Of a stretch of 64,000 nt of DNA, positions 35,530 through 46,167 are shown piece after piece. The notes under the pieces are model-generated. The model had not been told where the DNA came from. It worked only from the letters and a program-made list of their open reading frames with translations, and ran no database searches. The stretch is taken from positions 309-64,308 of the forward strand of contig CADAPC010000028.1 in the NCBI GenBank assembly GCA_902789725.1, written 5' to 3'. Position numbers and translations under genes: made by a program. The first letter of the stretch is position 1; each line of letters opens with the position of its first letter. The DNA is from an uncultured Bacteroidales bacterium (GTDB taxonomy: Bacteria; Bacteroidota; Bacteroidia; Bacteroidales; Bacteroidaceae).

Positions 35530-37644
35530 TTACCAAAGAGGTTCTGCGTAATACTCATTATTATAAACTGAACTTGGACAGATTTCGATAAAGTCGAAAT
35601 TCAGCTCGTTGTTCTCAGACTCCATCTTCTGCTGCAAGCGCAGGTACTGGTCGGTCTTACCGTCGGTATAGAACGTACCAATGACCTTGCGGATGGTGTT
35701 GGGCAGGTCGCGCATAGAAGCGGCACTTGCATAGCTTGAGCGGTCACCCGGCTCGTAGCACTTGGGCCCTTTCATCCAGCCGATGTTGTGGATGGACTTG
35801 TCGAAGGCGGAAATAGCGTCTTCATCACCAATTGATTCGTCTGTCTGGTAACCGAAGAGAGTCACACCACCTGGACGCATGTCGAATGGAATGCCTTGCG
35901 GAATCATGTTGTCAGGATCATCACCCAGATAGTACTGCACAATACCACGAGACTCGAAATCCACACAGGTCATCATGCGCACCTCGTAAGTGCCAGCTGG
36001 CACAGGTGGCAATTTGATGGTCACATCGAAACGTCCCTTGATGGTCACCTCGTCGCCCTCGTACGACCAGAAGCCCAACACCTTCATACGCACATGCAAG
36101 TGTGTGTTGGGCGAATAAGAAACATTGCGGGTATAGCCCGACTTGAAGCCGATGCAAGTGTTTTTATTGTTGGCTGCTGATGCACCCTGACCACCATCAC
36201 CATAACGTCCATTATCGTGAGTGGTACGGCAGAAGTGTCCACGAGCGGTCTGTCCGTCGGTCAGCTTTGTCATGAAGTCAGGAGACAAAGTAGTACAATC
36301 CAAACGGATGCACTCGTTGAAGACCACTTCCTGCGTGTTCTTGTCGTAGGCAACAATGTCATCGATGTAATGGTAGATGCCATTGATAGAGGTCTGGTCG
36401 ATGGTGACATCCTTCGGATTGGCCACCTTAGCACCACGTACAAACACGCCTCGCTCGTCGGCACGCGACTGAACGCCACGACGGTTAATGTAGAGGCCTG
36501 CCTGAGAACCCGATGGGAAGGAGAACTTCATCGAGGAGTGTGGCATCAGGGTTGGATACCAGTCACACATGTCGTACTTACGGCGGTTGAAGTTGTACTG
36601 CAGACGGTCGTTGTCGAACGGAGTCAATGTGTAGTAGGAGCCGTAACGGTCAAGGATGTGGTAAGAGATGAAACGGTTGAGGTAGTTGCGACGATCTGTT
36701 TCATCGGTAACATTAGCATCCTCTGGATAAACCGGCTCATAGAGTTCACGCGCTTTGGCACGAAGACCGTCCAAATCCTCAATGCCATACTTTTCATAAA
36801 GGATGGAGTCGGGACACATGAAGACAGTGTAGTTGAAATACCGTTTTTCCGGATATGCCACGTTGTCGTACTCCACAGCGGTGTGGATACACAACTTGTC
36901 ATTGGTCCAGGTACAAGAGTCAATACGATCTTGCTCTGTTGCCCAACCGTAGGTGTCATCTACATAATACTGGAGAGAGTCAATCATGCCTGTCACCTGC
37001 AGAGCTGCGCCATAGAGCAGACAGGTGCTGTCCTTCAGCAGCACGGTGCCAATCAGGTCGTTACTGGAGTTGACAATCGAATTCATCGTGTGCACCACAC
37101 CGTTGCTCACAGAGTCATCAGCGTGGGCGATGAGTGCGGATTGGTTGACGTACATGGCAAGGACAGAGTCCTGCTTTGCCTCGCTCCACTCCTGCAGGGA
37201 CTTCACGCTGACGATATGTTCCAGCATGTTTGACACGGGATACTGGCCGTTGCTGTAGTCGGTGGTGAAGAAGGCCTTCTCGATAATGGAGTTGAGGGCG
37301 ATGGTGTCGCAGTCCTCTTTCGACAACTGGTCAACAGATGTCAGGCCACGGGCGCGGAGGTATTTGTCCACGGCCTCGTTGGTGGGAGCGAAGACGGTGT
37401 AGGAACCGTATGTGCCCAGCATATCGACCAAGCGGAGGTCACCGCGCTCGCCGGTGGCTCTCTGAAGAATCTGAATGTATTGAGAGAACTGCTCTCGGTT
37501 CTGAAGGTAGTCAGAAGCATATTCTCTGACTGCTGTATAGTAGTTATCCACTCCTGGGTCGTCAGAGCAGCTCACCACGCCAACCTGAACCACCGATAGG
37601 AAGAAGAGGACTACAGCCCAAAAATTAAATTTCATCTTTCTCAT
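35530..37644 (-). CDS. fasciclin (FAS1)-domain surface lipoprotein
   Basis: Lipobox VGVVSCSD. FAS1 motifs YTVFAPTNEAVDKYL and SNGVVHTMNSIV, followed by a large C-terminal region of unknown fold. Confidence 0.75.
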   Translation of the reverse strand: MRKMKFNFWAVVLFFLSVVQVGVVSCSDDPGVDNYYTAVREYASDYLQNREQFSQYIQILQRATGERGDLRLVDMLGTYGSYTVFAPTNEAVDKYLRARGLTSVDQLSKEDCDTIALNSIIEKAFFTTDYSNGQYPVSNMLEHIVSVKSLQEWSEAKQDSVLAMYVNQSALIAHADDSVSNGVVHTMNSIVNSSNDLIGTVLLKDSTCLLYGAALQVTGMIDSLQYYVDDTYGWATEQDRIDSCTWTNDKLCIHTAVEYDNVAYPEKRYFNYTVFMCPDSILYEKYGIEDLDGLRAKARELYEPVYPEDANVTDETDRRNYLNRFISYHILDRYGSYYTLTPFDNDRLQYNFNRRKYDMCDWYPTLMPHSSMKFSFPSGSQAGLYINRRGVQSRADERGVFVRGAKVANPKDVTIDQTSINGIYHYIDDIVAYDKNTQEVVFNECIRLDCTTLSPDFMTKLTDGQTARGHFCRTTHDNGRYGDGGQGASAANNKNTCIGFKSGYTRNVSYSPNTHLHVRMKVLGFWSYEGDEVTIKGRFDVTIKLPPVPAGTYEVRMMTCVDFESRGIVQYYLGDDPDNMIPQGIPFDMRPGGVTLFGYQTDESIGDEDAISAFDKSIHNIGWMKGPKCYEPGDRSSYASAASMRDLPNTIRKVIGTFYTDGKTDQYLRLQQKMESENNELNFDFIEICPSSVYNNEYYAEPLW

Positions 37645-37650
37645 AATGCT

Positions 37651-39534
37651 TTAGTTTTTGATATTTTCCTGTTCGTCCAAATAGCAAGAGTTCTGGACAA
37701 GCGCGGGGTTAACTTTCATTTCAGACTTAGCGACTGGCATGTACATGAAGTCCAGCTGAATCATCTTGATTGCCACTGAAGCACCAGCATCGCCATACTT
37801 GGTAGCAAGTGCAGCACGGAACTCGCGGGTATTGCCTACACGGCGAGAGGCACGCACCAAATCATAGTAACGCTTACCTTCGAAGAGGAATTCGCGACGA
37901 CGTTCATTCATCAGCAACGTGTGGAAACCATCGTAAGTGGTTGGCTGTGTGGGAGCATACTTAGGAGATGTCTTCACGATAGGATTGGAACGACGATAAA
38001 CTGCCGAAATCAGGTCGAAAGCATCTTTCTTCAGTTCATCAGCTGTAGCCAACGAACTTCCCGTCACTGCAATTGAAGCTTTGCGCATCTTGATGGAAGA
38101 AGGTGCAGCAGTAGAGTCGGTAGAAGTAGTGTCGGCTGGAGCTGCAGCTGCATCCATGTTGAATGCCAATTCAATTTCTGCTTCAGCGCGGAACAACATG
38201 ATTTCTGTCAAGCGATAGAAAATCCAGTTTGGATCACCTCCACTACGCCCATAACTTTGGGTTCTTGTTGCAGCAGTGTATGCGGTTCCGACCGTACCAA
38301 AATTTTCACGAGGATCGCCTGCCCGATTATCCTGCACTACATACTTGTAGATGTTGTAACCACCATTGGTTTCGTTGAAATAGAAGGAGGCAATTGAACG
38401 GTAGTCGGAAGGAACAGAGAACAGCTTGTTATCTGAATAGCTGGCACTGTTATCAGGTTTCACTTCCAACAGCTTCTCATTAGCAAGCATCTGCTGCTGC
38501 TCTGAACCGTCTCCATATTTGTTGAATACAACATTACTTACTGTATGTTGACCTTGATAGGAATAAGTCAGTTCGAAAATGGATTCAAACGAACCACCAT
38601 CACCAAAAATGGAATTAGTGGCCTGGGGGCCTCCGTTGTTGGTGCCAGGGGTCATTTCTTCTGCCAGAAGAGGATAACCGTATTCACCATAGACTTCGCG
38701 GTCAACCACTGTGCGCAGGTCAAGTCCATCAATATCGTTCGCCTCGTACTGCTCAATCTTAAAGTTGAGAACGTAGTCGCAAGCTTCGATACATTTTCTG
38801 TAGTACACGTTCTGCTGATCGGGAGTAAGATTTACGTCAGATGCACGCCACAAGTACAATTCGGAGAGCAGCGAGTACATGGCGGCACGAGTGACCTTAC
38901 CCGTGTTTTTCGCCACCTCAGAATAGCGTCTTGGAGCATAATTCTTACAACTCTCAATATCGGAAATGAGGGAGTCGAGAATCACCTCGAACTTTGTCTG
39001 GGGGAGACGGAAATTCTGCGTATCATCGATTGACGCGTCAAACGTAAAGGGCACGTCCTTAAACGTTTTAATCAGCGTCAGGTAAGAATAAGCACGGAGG
39101 AACTTGCATTCCGCAATGTTGATGCGATAGTCGGACTCTGTGTAGTTAGGGTCTTTATCCTTCACCTTAGGAGCCTCGTGAAGCACCACATTGCAGCGGT
39201 TGATTACATTGTAGAAAGCAGACCAGTTACAATAAGGATTGGTGGTTTTGAGGCTACCTTGAAGAAGATACCTCAAATTGTCGGGAAGGTCATTGCCGAC
39301 CTGAACATTATCGGAACGGCCTTCACCCCATACCAGCAAATTTTCCACATAGCCATCTGCTGAGGCACCCACATAGCAAGAGGCCACCACACTCTCCACA
39401 TCGTCCTTATTGGTCCAGAAGTTTTCATAGACTACTTCATTCAGCGGGAGTTGGTCAATGTCACAAGAACTAAGACCCAAACCCGCAACAACGTATGCAG
39501 TAGTGGTAATAATTATATTTTTTATACTTTTCAT
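37651..39534 (-). CDS. SusD/RagB-family nutrient-binding outer-membrane lipoprotein (module 1)
   Basis: Lipobox GLGLSSCD and SusD-type helices (CKFLRAYSYLTLIKTFKDVPF, ELYLWRA). It lies downstream of a SusC gene. Confidence 0.85.
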   Translation of the reverse strand: MKSIKNIIITTTAYVVAGLGLSSCDIDQLPLNEVVYENFWTNKDDVESVVASCYVGASADGYVENLLVWGEGRSDNVQVGNDLPDNLRYLLQGSLKTTNPYCNWSAFYNVINRCNVVLHEAPKVKDKDPNYTESDYRINIAECKFLRAYSYLTLIKTFKDVPFTFDASIDDTQNFRLPQTKFEVILDSLISDIESCKNYAPRRYSEVAKNTGKVTRAAMYSLLSELYLWRASDVNLTPDQQNVYYRKCIEACDYVLNFKIEQYEANDIDGLDLRTVVDREVYGEYGYPLLAEEMTPGTNNGGPQATNSIFGDGGSFESIFELTYSYQGQHTVSNVVFNKYGDGSEQQQMLANEKLLEVKPDNSASYSDNKLFSVPSDYRSIASFYFNETNGGYNIYKYVVQDNRAGDPRENFGTVGTAYTAATRTQSYGRSGGDPNWIFYRLTEIMLFRAEAEIELAFNMDAAAAPADTTSTDSTAAPSSIKMRKASIAVTGSSLATADELKKDAFDLISAVYRRSNPIVKTSPKYAPTQPTTYDGFHTLLMNERRREFLFEGKRYYDLVRASRRVGNTREFRAALATKYGDAGASVAIKMIQLDFMYMPVAKSEMKVNPALVQNSCYLDEQENIKN

Positions 39535-39549
39535 GACTTTTAACCTATA

Positions 39550-42500
39550 TTAGAATGAAACACTAAATCCGAGTGTAAATGAGCGAGAACGTGGAGTCTG
39601 GTTACCGTCGTAGGCAGCAGAGAAACCGCCTTGTGGGTGCTCAGGATCTGTACCAGAGTACCTCGTTAGACAGAACACGTTGTTGAGCGTCAAGTTTGCA
39701 CGGAGAGATTTCAGACCAATTCTCTTCAGCTGAGCTGGCTTGAAGTTGTAAGACAACTGAGCATAGTTGAGACGTATATAAGAGCAATCCTCCACGAAGC
39801 GGTCGGAACCTAAATAGTTATACGTGTTGAACTGCGTGCGGTTGGTGGCAGCACGTGGAATTTCGGTGATGTCACCCTCATTGTGCCAACGCCAGTTGAC
39901 AGCAATGGACTGGTTGTTGTTGGTAGCCATATTCTCCACATCCATACGGGCTGTGTTGATAATCTTCTGACCAGCACGGAAGTTGAACTGGAGGTTCAGC
40001 TGCCAAGCATCGTAGTGGAACTTGAAGCCAAAACCACCTTGCAGTTTAGGCAGAGAGGAACCTAAATAAACGATATCCAACTCGTTGATTTGACCATCGT
40101 GGTTGATATCTTCATAGATGGCATCACCACCTACGAAAGCATACTCTCTTGTGCCGCCATAATCGTAATACATATATTTAGGTGCGCCCTTGGCATCGTA
40201 AACCACCTCTCCCGCTTCATTGCGAGCCACGGGTGAATTAGGACCGCTCAAACCTGGCACCTCTGTTTCGGTGAACTCAGAGTACTGATATACGCCCTTA
40301 TAGCGGAAGCCAAAGATAGAGCCGAGAGGGCTGTGTAACTGGATGCGCGAAAGGTAGGAACCATTATTATAATTAAACTCCTTGTTCTCTCGTTCCAGCA
40401 CAGTTTCGTCCATCTCAATGATTCGGTTGCGGTTGTTTGCAAAAGATACATTGAAGTCGATGGAGAATTTCTTGCCAATCTGCACAATCTTGTTACCATT
40501 GATGTTGAACTCCCAACCGTTATCGCGAACAGAACCGCTGTTGTAGTTGCCCAAAGAGGAATAACCAGAGGATGTAGGGATAGCGAAGTTTGGAATCAGC
40601 TGATCGCTGGTGGTACGTGTGTAAATATCCACATTACCATCAATCTTGCCAAAGAAACCAAAGTCAAAACCAATCTGATAAGACTTCTGCTTTGCCCAGC
40701 GGAGAGCAGAAAGACGAATATTATTAGGAATGACAGATACCTGTCCCATATAAGAACCACCTGTGTTGTATTTAGAGCGGAAGAGCCCTTCGCCACCAGG
40801 TGCCTGACCTACGATACCCCAAGATGGACGGATAGACAACATCGTCAACCACTTGAGAGGCTCCATGAATTTTTCATCGCTGATGTTCCAACGTGCTGAA
40901 AGACCAGGGAACCAACCCCAGCGCTTGTCGGGGCCGAAGGCTGTTTTACAGTCACCACGAAGGGTAGCAGTAATACTATATTTACCTTTGTAAGAATAGT
41001 GGCTTTGGAATGTCAGATACTGGCTTTTCCATTGACCTGCACCCGAACCAAATCCGATAATGCGACCACCAGCCAAGGTCGATTTAATGTCGTCGGTAGT
41101 TGGCACCCAGTTCACGCCTGTGTTCTGAGTAGAGGAATTACCTTGAGAATATTCATAACGTCCCATCACCATCAGGCTGTGACCCTCGGCATTGAAATGA
41201 GGAGTGTAAGTCAAGGAGTGACGTGTTGAAAGCGTATGGCTCTTATAGTTGGAAGCATTTGCGACATTATAACCAGGCTGACCATTATCGGTAGTGGTAA
41301 ACATATTCACAGATGCGAGCCAACCAGGCATAAAGCTGTCATTGTCATTGCTGTTGATGTCGAACTTGATCTGACCATCATACTTGAGGCGGTGCTGTTC
41401 AGGCTGTGTGCCCAGAATTTCATAGCCAAGTATGAACTCAGGAGAGAGCGACACGTTTCTTTCACGCTGACGAGAGTTGTGTGCAACAGCCAGCGGGTTA
41501 CGAATGCCATACTGGTCGCTCAGATAATTACGAGATGCATCATACACACCAGTTTCCTTGGTGATGAAACGATTCATGGTGTAATACTCGGACAGGTCAT
41601 TGCCATTTTCATCCTCGCGATAGATGGAGAGGTTTGGCATTTTGCGATAAGCATCACTAAGAGCACCTGCCGTGTTGTTACGGTCGTTGTTCGTGTAAGA
41701 AAGGTCGAAGTTGGTGGTCACCTTGATACGGTCGGACACGAAGTAGTCGAGAGCGACACGTGTGGTGAAGCGATCCATTTTCTGAGCGATGATTGTACCT
41801 GTAGCGTGCTCATAACCACCAGAGATGCGGAAGTTGGCCTTTTCGCCACCACCTTGCAGAGACACATAGTGCTGCTGGTTGGTACCGAACTGCTTTACTT
41901 CCTTCACCCAGTTGGTATTGTCGTTGAACATATTATACTCTGACCATTCTGGAGCGTAAGCAATTTCAGGAATAAAGAGTGATGAGTTCTTGTCGGCAAA
42001 ACCTGACTGCTGACGAGGATTGAAATAGGCCTCCTTCATATACATGGTGTAGTCATCACCATTCAGCATTTTGTAGCCATCGGGCTGCCAAGAACCAGTG
42101 AAGCGGAATGAGTAAGTAACTTGTGTCTTACCCCTTGCACCACGCTTTGTCTTGATTTCGATGACACCATTGGCACCACGTGAACCCCAAATGGCGCAGG
42201 CAGCTGCGTCCTTGAGGACTGTGATGGACTCAATATCTTCAGGGTTGACCTTGAGGAGTTCGGCAAAACGCTCTTCGTTGGCATTGGAGAAGTCGAAACC
42301 TTCCGACATATCGTCGTTGGAGAGGATGTTGCCGTTTACTACAACGAGTGGGTTGTTGTCGCCAAAGATGGTAGAAACACCACGCAGACGCATCGTAGTA
42401 CCGGCACCCAGGTTACCTGAGTTCTGCACGATATCCAAACCTGCGATACGGCCTTGGAGAGCTTCATCGACAGTGGTCATTGAGATACCCTCAAATTCCT

Positions 42501-42915
42501 TCATGTCGATGGTTTGCGTAGCAGAAGAAATCTCGGTCATTGGAATGGAAAGACCAGTGTTTTGGCTCTTCCTCACAGCTTTGACGGTGACTTCTTTAAG
42601 AGTGGTTTTGCTCTTGAGGACAATGCGTCCGAAAGCCTTCTTATTGATGGGCAGCGTGAGTGTCTCGCAACCGATGTAAGAGATTCGGATGTGGTCCTTA
42701 GGATTCACGATTTTGAATGAGAAGTTACCATTGATATCAGTAACACCATGGGCAACGATACGGTTGTTTTTGTCTATCTCGACGACGTTACACATCATCA
42801 GAGGGTCGAAATCATCCCATACCTGACCGCTAATTACGTCACCCGCTTTTACTTGCGCGCTTGCATTGACACAGAAGCACGCTATAAGCATAAGGATTGA
42901 TATTATCTTTTTCAT
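39550..42915 (-). CDS. SusC/RagA-family TonB-linked outer-membrane transporter (module 1)
   Basis: Carboxypeptidase-regulatory-like domain, plug (ANGVIEIKTKRG) and a barrel ending ...TLGFSVSF, 1121 aa. No STN domain. Confidence 0.9.
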   Translation of the reverse strand: MKKIISILMLIACFCVNASAQVKAGDVISGQVWDDFDPLMMCNVVEIDKNNRIVAHGVTDINGNFSFKIVNPKDHIRISYIGCETLTLPINKKAFGRIVLKSKTTLKEVTVKAVRKSQNTGLSIPMTEISSATQTIDMKEFEGISMTTVDEALQGRIAGLDIVQNSGNLGAGTTMRLRGVSTIFGDNNPLVVVNGNILSNDDMSEGFDFSNANEERFAELLKVNPEDIESITVLKDAAACAIWGSRGANGVIEIKTKRGARGKTQVTYSFRFTGSWQPDGYKMLNGDDYTMYMKEAYFNPRQQSGFADKNSSLFIPEIAYAPEWSEYNMFNDNTNWVKEVKQFGTNQQHYVSLQGGGEKANFRISGGYEHATGTIIAQKMDRFTTRVALDYFVSDRIKVTTNFDLSYTNNDRNNTAGALSDAYRKMPNLSIYREDENGNDLSEYYTMNRFITKETGVYDASRNYLSDQYGIRNPLAVAHNSRQRERNVSLSPEFILGYEILGTQPEQHRLKYDGQIKFDINSNDNDSFMPGWLASVNMFTTTDNGQPGYNVANASNYKSHTLSTRHSLTYTPHFNAEGHSLMVMGRYEYSQGNSSTQNTGVNWVPTTDDIKSTLAGGRIIGFGSGAGQWKSQYLTFQSHYSYKGKYSITATLRGDCKTAFGPDKRWGWFPGLSARWNISDEKFMEPLKWLTMLSIRPSWGIVGQAPGGEGLFRSKYNTGGSYMGQVSVIPNNIRLSALRWAKQKSYQIGFDFGFFGKIDGNVDIYTRTTSDQLIPNFAIPTSSGYSSLGNYNSGSVRDNGWEFNINGNKIVQIGKKFSIDFNVSFANNRNRIIEMDETVLERENKEFNYNNGSYLSRIQLHSPLGSIFGFRYKGVYQYSEFTETEVPGLSGPNSPVARNEAGEVVYDAKGAPKYMYYDYGGTREYAFVGGDAIYEDINHDGQINELDIVYLGSSLPKLQGGFGFKFHYDAWQLNLQFNFRAGQKIINTARMDVENMATNNNQSIAVNWRWHNEGDITEIPRAATNRTQFNTYNYLGSDRFVEDCSYIRLNYAQLSYNFKPAQLKRIGLKSLRANLTLNNVFCLTRYSGTDPEHPQGGFSAAYDGNQTPRSRSFTLGFSVSF

Positions 42916-42927
42916 GATTTGCTCTAT

Positions 42928-45795
42928 TTATTCTGATGAAAGTGGCTTATAAATATAGTTGAACTGAGTTGGAACCAACAAGCCGTTCGTGTCGTAATGA
43001 GTGCCGTCAGCATAGAGGAGCGGAGCGTCGATACCGTGAATCACAACGGATGAAGAGTTGTTCAATGTTGCTGTCCAAGGGTTGTTGATTCTAGATGAGC
43101 CATTGTACCAATATTCACGTGCCATCAAGTTGTACATACCTTCCTTCATGATCACATTGGCCTTGTTACCGCCCAACGATGCGTGAGTGGTGGGGTCGTA
43201 TCCATTGCGACAGTCGGTTACAGACATGCCGTTCTCGCTAACTTCCACATATAATTTATATGGACGACCTGGAGAATACTTGCCGTTCCAAGAGATGTCG
43301 CCGGTTGCCTCGTCAACAACTGTTGACTTGATGAGTTCTGTTTTGCCTGACTCATAGTAACCCGAAGAGAATCCTTTGTCCACAAAAATAGAGTTGTCCT
43401 GAATGTGATACTTCACGAAGTCGAGCATCACTTCCATAATCTTGGCTGCGTAAGATGCGGTGTCGGTTGCGGCATCGTAGCCCAAAGAGTCATCGAGCAC
43501 TTCAGCAGCTTCCAAATCTTCGAGTGTGGGAAGACCTGCTGCGTATGCTTTCTGCATGGCTTCATTGGTTGGAGCATAGATGGTGTAGTTGAAGTTATTG
43601 AGCAGATAAGTTGCCTTACCCTTTGAGGAAGTGGCATCCTCGGCACCAATAGCTCCCTTGTTCTTCAGCGAGAAGAGGTTACCCAAGGTTTGGTCGCCTG
43701 CTTGCCAACCGTCCTTTGCGTTGTTGACAGAAATGGCGCATGTGGTCAACATCTTATAGAAGTCGGAGAAGACAGTGTCGCCTTCAATCACCACATCGCG
43801 GAGAGTGGCTGCTACAGAGCGACGAGCACCTTGTGCCACACCGTCGAGAGCGATGGCTTTACCATTCTCCATATCATACACTTCCTTAGCTTGAATGGGT
43901 TGTTTACGCTCTTCCTGCCAAGAACCTGATACGATGAAGTCATCGCCTTGCTTATCGACTTTCACGAAGGAGTGTCCCTTTGTCTGATAATATTTCTTAC
44001 CTTCCTGGTATGGTTCGGTAACGATGATATTATCAAGCATTTCTTCAATACGGTTCTTGAGGATAGAGTTATCAGTACCGCCTTCCACTCTGGCCTTACG
44101 AGTTTCGCTGGCTTTGCTCCAAGTGCCATCAGCATTCAGTGTGCATTCAAACACGTCGGCATAAAGCTGCTTCTTTTCAGCCTTGGAGAGATCAAGGTGG
44201 AATTCCCAGACATTAGTCGTTGTCTGACCGTAAGAAACGGGGTCCATGTAAGTGAGCAACGCCTTGTTGGTAGGAAGCAAGAAAATGTAGCGTGACACCA
44301 TTGAATTCAGATACTTATCGTAGTTCAAGTTCTTGACCACATTGCTGAGAATCTTGAAGTTAGTGGTATCGATTACTGCCGGGAAGAGAACTGATGAATA
44401 GGACGTTGGAGCAAACACCTTGTTAGTAAGATAAACAAGACCATTGCATCCAAGGAAAACGCTATCCACATCTTCCTTTGTAATGCCCATGCGTTCGTTG
44501 GCATCGTTCAGTACACTGGTGAAAGTGGAAGGAAGGGCGGAAACGAACGAAGGAATCTGGTTTACATTGATCAGGTCGTCGAGCACAGAGTTTGGCGTAT
44601 CTTCAAGGGTTCCATAGTAGTCCTTAATCACAGCACCACCACCGTTGTTCCACCAGTCGGTCATTGCAGCGTCTGTGGGGACAAACATGACGGCCATGTC
44701 TTCCATCAAAGGCTGACGGTCGTTCAAGATTTCGGGGATGTAGGCATTCCATCCTGGGTCGAACTTCAGTTTGGCATCGGCTGGCTTACCGTTCTTGTCA
44801 ATTTCAAACGGACGGCTTGTGGACATTGTTGAGCCCCAAGAGCGATCGGAGAAATAACGCTTCACAAAAACAGAGTCATACTCTGTGCCTTTCGCCAAGT
44901 TGTATGTTCTGGTGAGACCAACAGAGTCCTTTGGTGCAGCAAAGCGCTCAATGAGGCTGCTGTAGATAGACATCTGAGGATTCTTACGGATAATCTCTGA
45001 CATGTTGTCGAGTGGGAGGATGACTTTATCCACCTGGTGCAGGAATCCGTTCTTACAGAAAATGTTGGGATTAATCACCTTGGAGTTGTTGACATAGATG
45101 TCCTCTGACTTGAAGGTACCTTCTGGCTGATTGTAGATGAAATCGACATCGGTAAATTCAAGCTTGTTGGAGGTGATGAACTTTCCTGTGAAGTGAAGCA
45201 TCGGAGCTGCGCTGGATGCATCGGTGAACAGGACGATGGAATCGCGAGTGGCACGCAGTTCATTGAATCGGTCGTTGTTTGGCAACAGCGCATCAGCATT
45301 GCTTGCTGTGACAATCAAGACGGAGTCGAGCAACGACTGTGATGATGAACGACGGCACACTTCGCCCTTAACGGGCTTACCCGACGAACCTTGCGACTCG
45401 GCAGAAGACAACATACTCGACGAGTAGGGGTTGTCAATCATCGACGAGTTGAGCAAGAGCTTCTTCTGCGCCAACGTGAGTTGGTCGTAGCTCTTCACCC
45501 CCCAACTGTTTGATGCGTAGAATTTGGCGAACGCATCATCATCGGCGATGAACATGGTCTTACTACCGGTCTTGGAGAGAATCTCTGTCTGACCAAGGTC
45601 GTCAATCAGATGCAAGTAGTTTGTGAAGTTTCCCTTTTCCTGCATATAACCGTAGATGTTGCTCAAGCCCGAAGGCTGGTCTTCATCCAAGTCATAACGA
45701 TCAGAACAAGAGAAGATTCCCATGCTTGCAGCGCACAACACACCTCCTACCAAGAGATGTCTGTACAGTTTTTTTCTCTGAAAGTTATACAACAT
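42928..45795 (-). CDS. multi-fasciclin (FAS1)-domain surface lipoprotein
   Basis: Lipobox MGIFSCSD. Repeated FAS1 motif pairs: TMFIADDDAFAKF with NGFLHQVDKVILP, MFVPTDAAMTDWW with NGLVYLTNKVFAP, and TIYAPTNEAMQKAY with VVIHGIDAPL. Confidence 0.75.
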   Translation of the reverse strand: MLYNFQRKKLYRHLLVGGVLCAASMGIFSCSDRYDLDEDQPSGLSNIYGYMQEKGNFTNYLHLIDDLGQTEILSKTGSKTMFIADDDAFAKFYASNSWGVKSYDQLTLAQKKLLLNSSMIDNPYSSSMLSSAESQGSSGKPVKGEVCRRSSSQSLLDSVLIVTASNADALLPNNDRFNELRATRDSIVLFTDASSAAPMLHFTGKFITSNKLEFTDVDFIYNQPEGTFKSEDIYVNNSKVINPNIFCKNGFLHQVDKVILPLDNMSEIIRKNPQMSIYSSLIERFAAPKDSVGLTRTYNLAKGTEYDSVFVKRYFSDRSWGSTMSTSRPFEIDKNGKPADAKLKFDPGWNAYIPEILNDRQPLMEDMAVMFVPTDAAMTDWWNNGGGAVIKDYYGTLEDTPNSVLDDLINVNQIPSFVSALPSTFTSVLNDANERMGITKEDVDSVFLGCNGLVYLTNKVFAPTSYSSVLFPAVIDTTNFKILSNVVKNLNYDKYLNSMVSRYIFLLPTNKALLTYMDPVSYGQTTTNVWEFHLDLSKAEKKQLYADVFECTLNADGTWSKASETRKARVEGGTDNSILKNRIEEMLDNIIVTEPYQEGKKYYQTKGHSFVKVDKQGDDFIVSGSWQEERKQPIQAKEVYDMENGKAIALDGVAQGARRSVAATLRDVVIEGDTVFSDFYKMLTTCAISVNNAKDGWQAGDQTLGNLFSLKNKGAIGAEDATSSKGKATYLLNNFNYTIYAPTNEAMQKAYAAGLPTLEDLEAAEVLDDSLGYDAATDTASYAAKIMEVMLDFVKYHIQDNSIFVDKGFSSGYYESGKTELIKSTVVDEATGDISWNGKYSPGRPYKLYVEVSENGMSVTDCRNGYDPTTHASLGGNKANVIMKEGMYNLMAREYWYNGSSRINNPWTATLNNSSSVVIHGIDAPLLYADGTHYDTNGLLVPTQFNYIYKPLSSE

Positions 45796-46082
45796 AATAA
45801 AATATTAGAATAGATTTGTTTGTCTTTCTAAATTGATAAAGTTCTGGTAAAAGTTCACTCAAATCTTTGCTAAAAGAACTTTCTGCGGTAACATTTGGCC
45901 AAATTGCCGCTTCTGTCCAAATAACGTTGCAAAGAAACGACTTTTATTTTACATGAACAAAAAAAATGCTAAAAGTTTATCAAGAATGGTTAATTTTAAC
46001 ACATCTTCTGCAAAAAAACGTAATTGAAGAGGGGGGATAAGGCATATTTTTCAACAAAGCTTAACATTTTTCGCCCGCGGTC

Positions 46083-46130
46083 AAAAAAATGTTCTTCGGC
46101 GGACAAACAAAATTTTGTCCGCCGAAGAAC
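46083..46130 (-). terminator. rho-independent terminator after the GH43 gene
   Basis: A perfect 17-bp inverted repeat: GTTCTTCGGCGGACAAA (46091-46107) pairs with TTTGTCCGCCGAAGAAC (46114-46130). A T7 run follows on the minus strand (plus-strand A7 at 46083-46089). Confidence 0.8.
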
Positions 46131-46167
46131 ACAAATTCAGGCGTTTTGAACGTTGTGGAAAGGCTGG

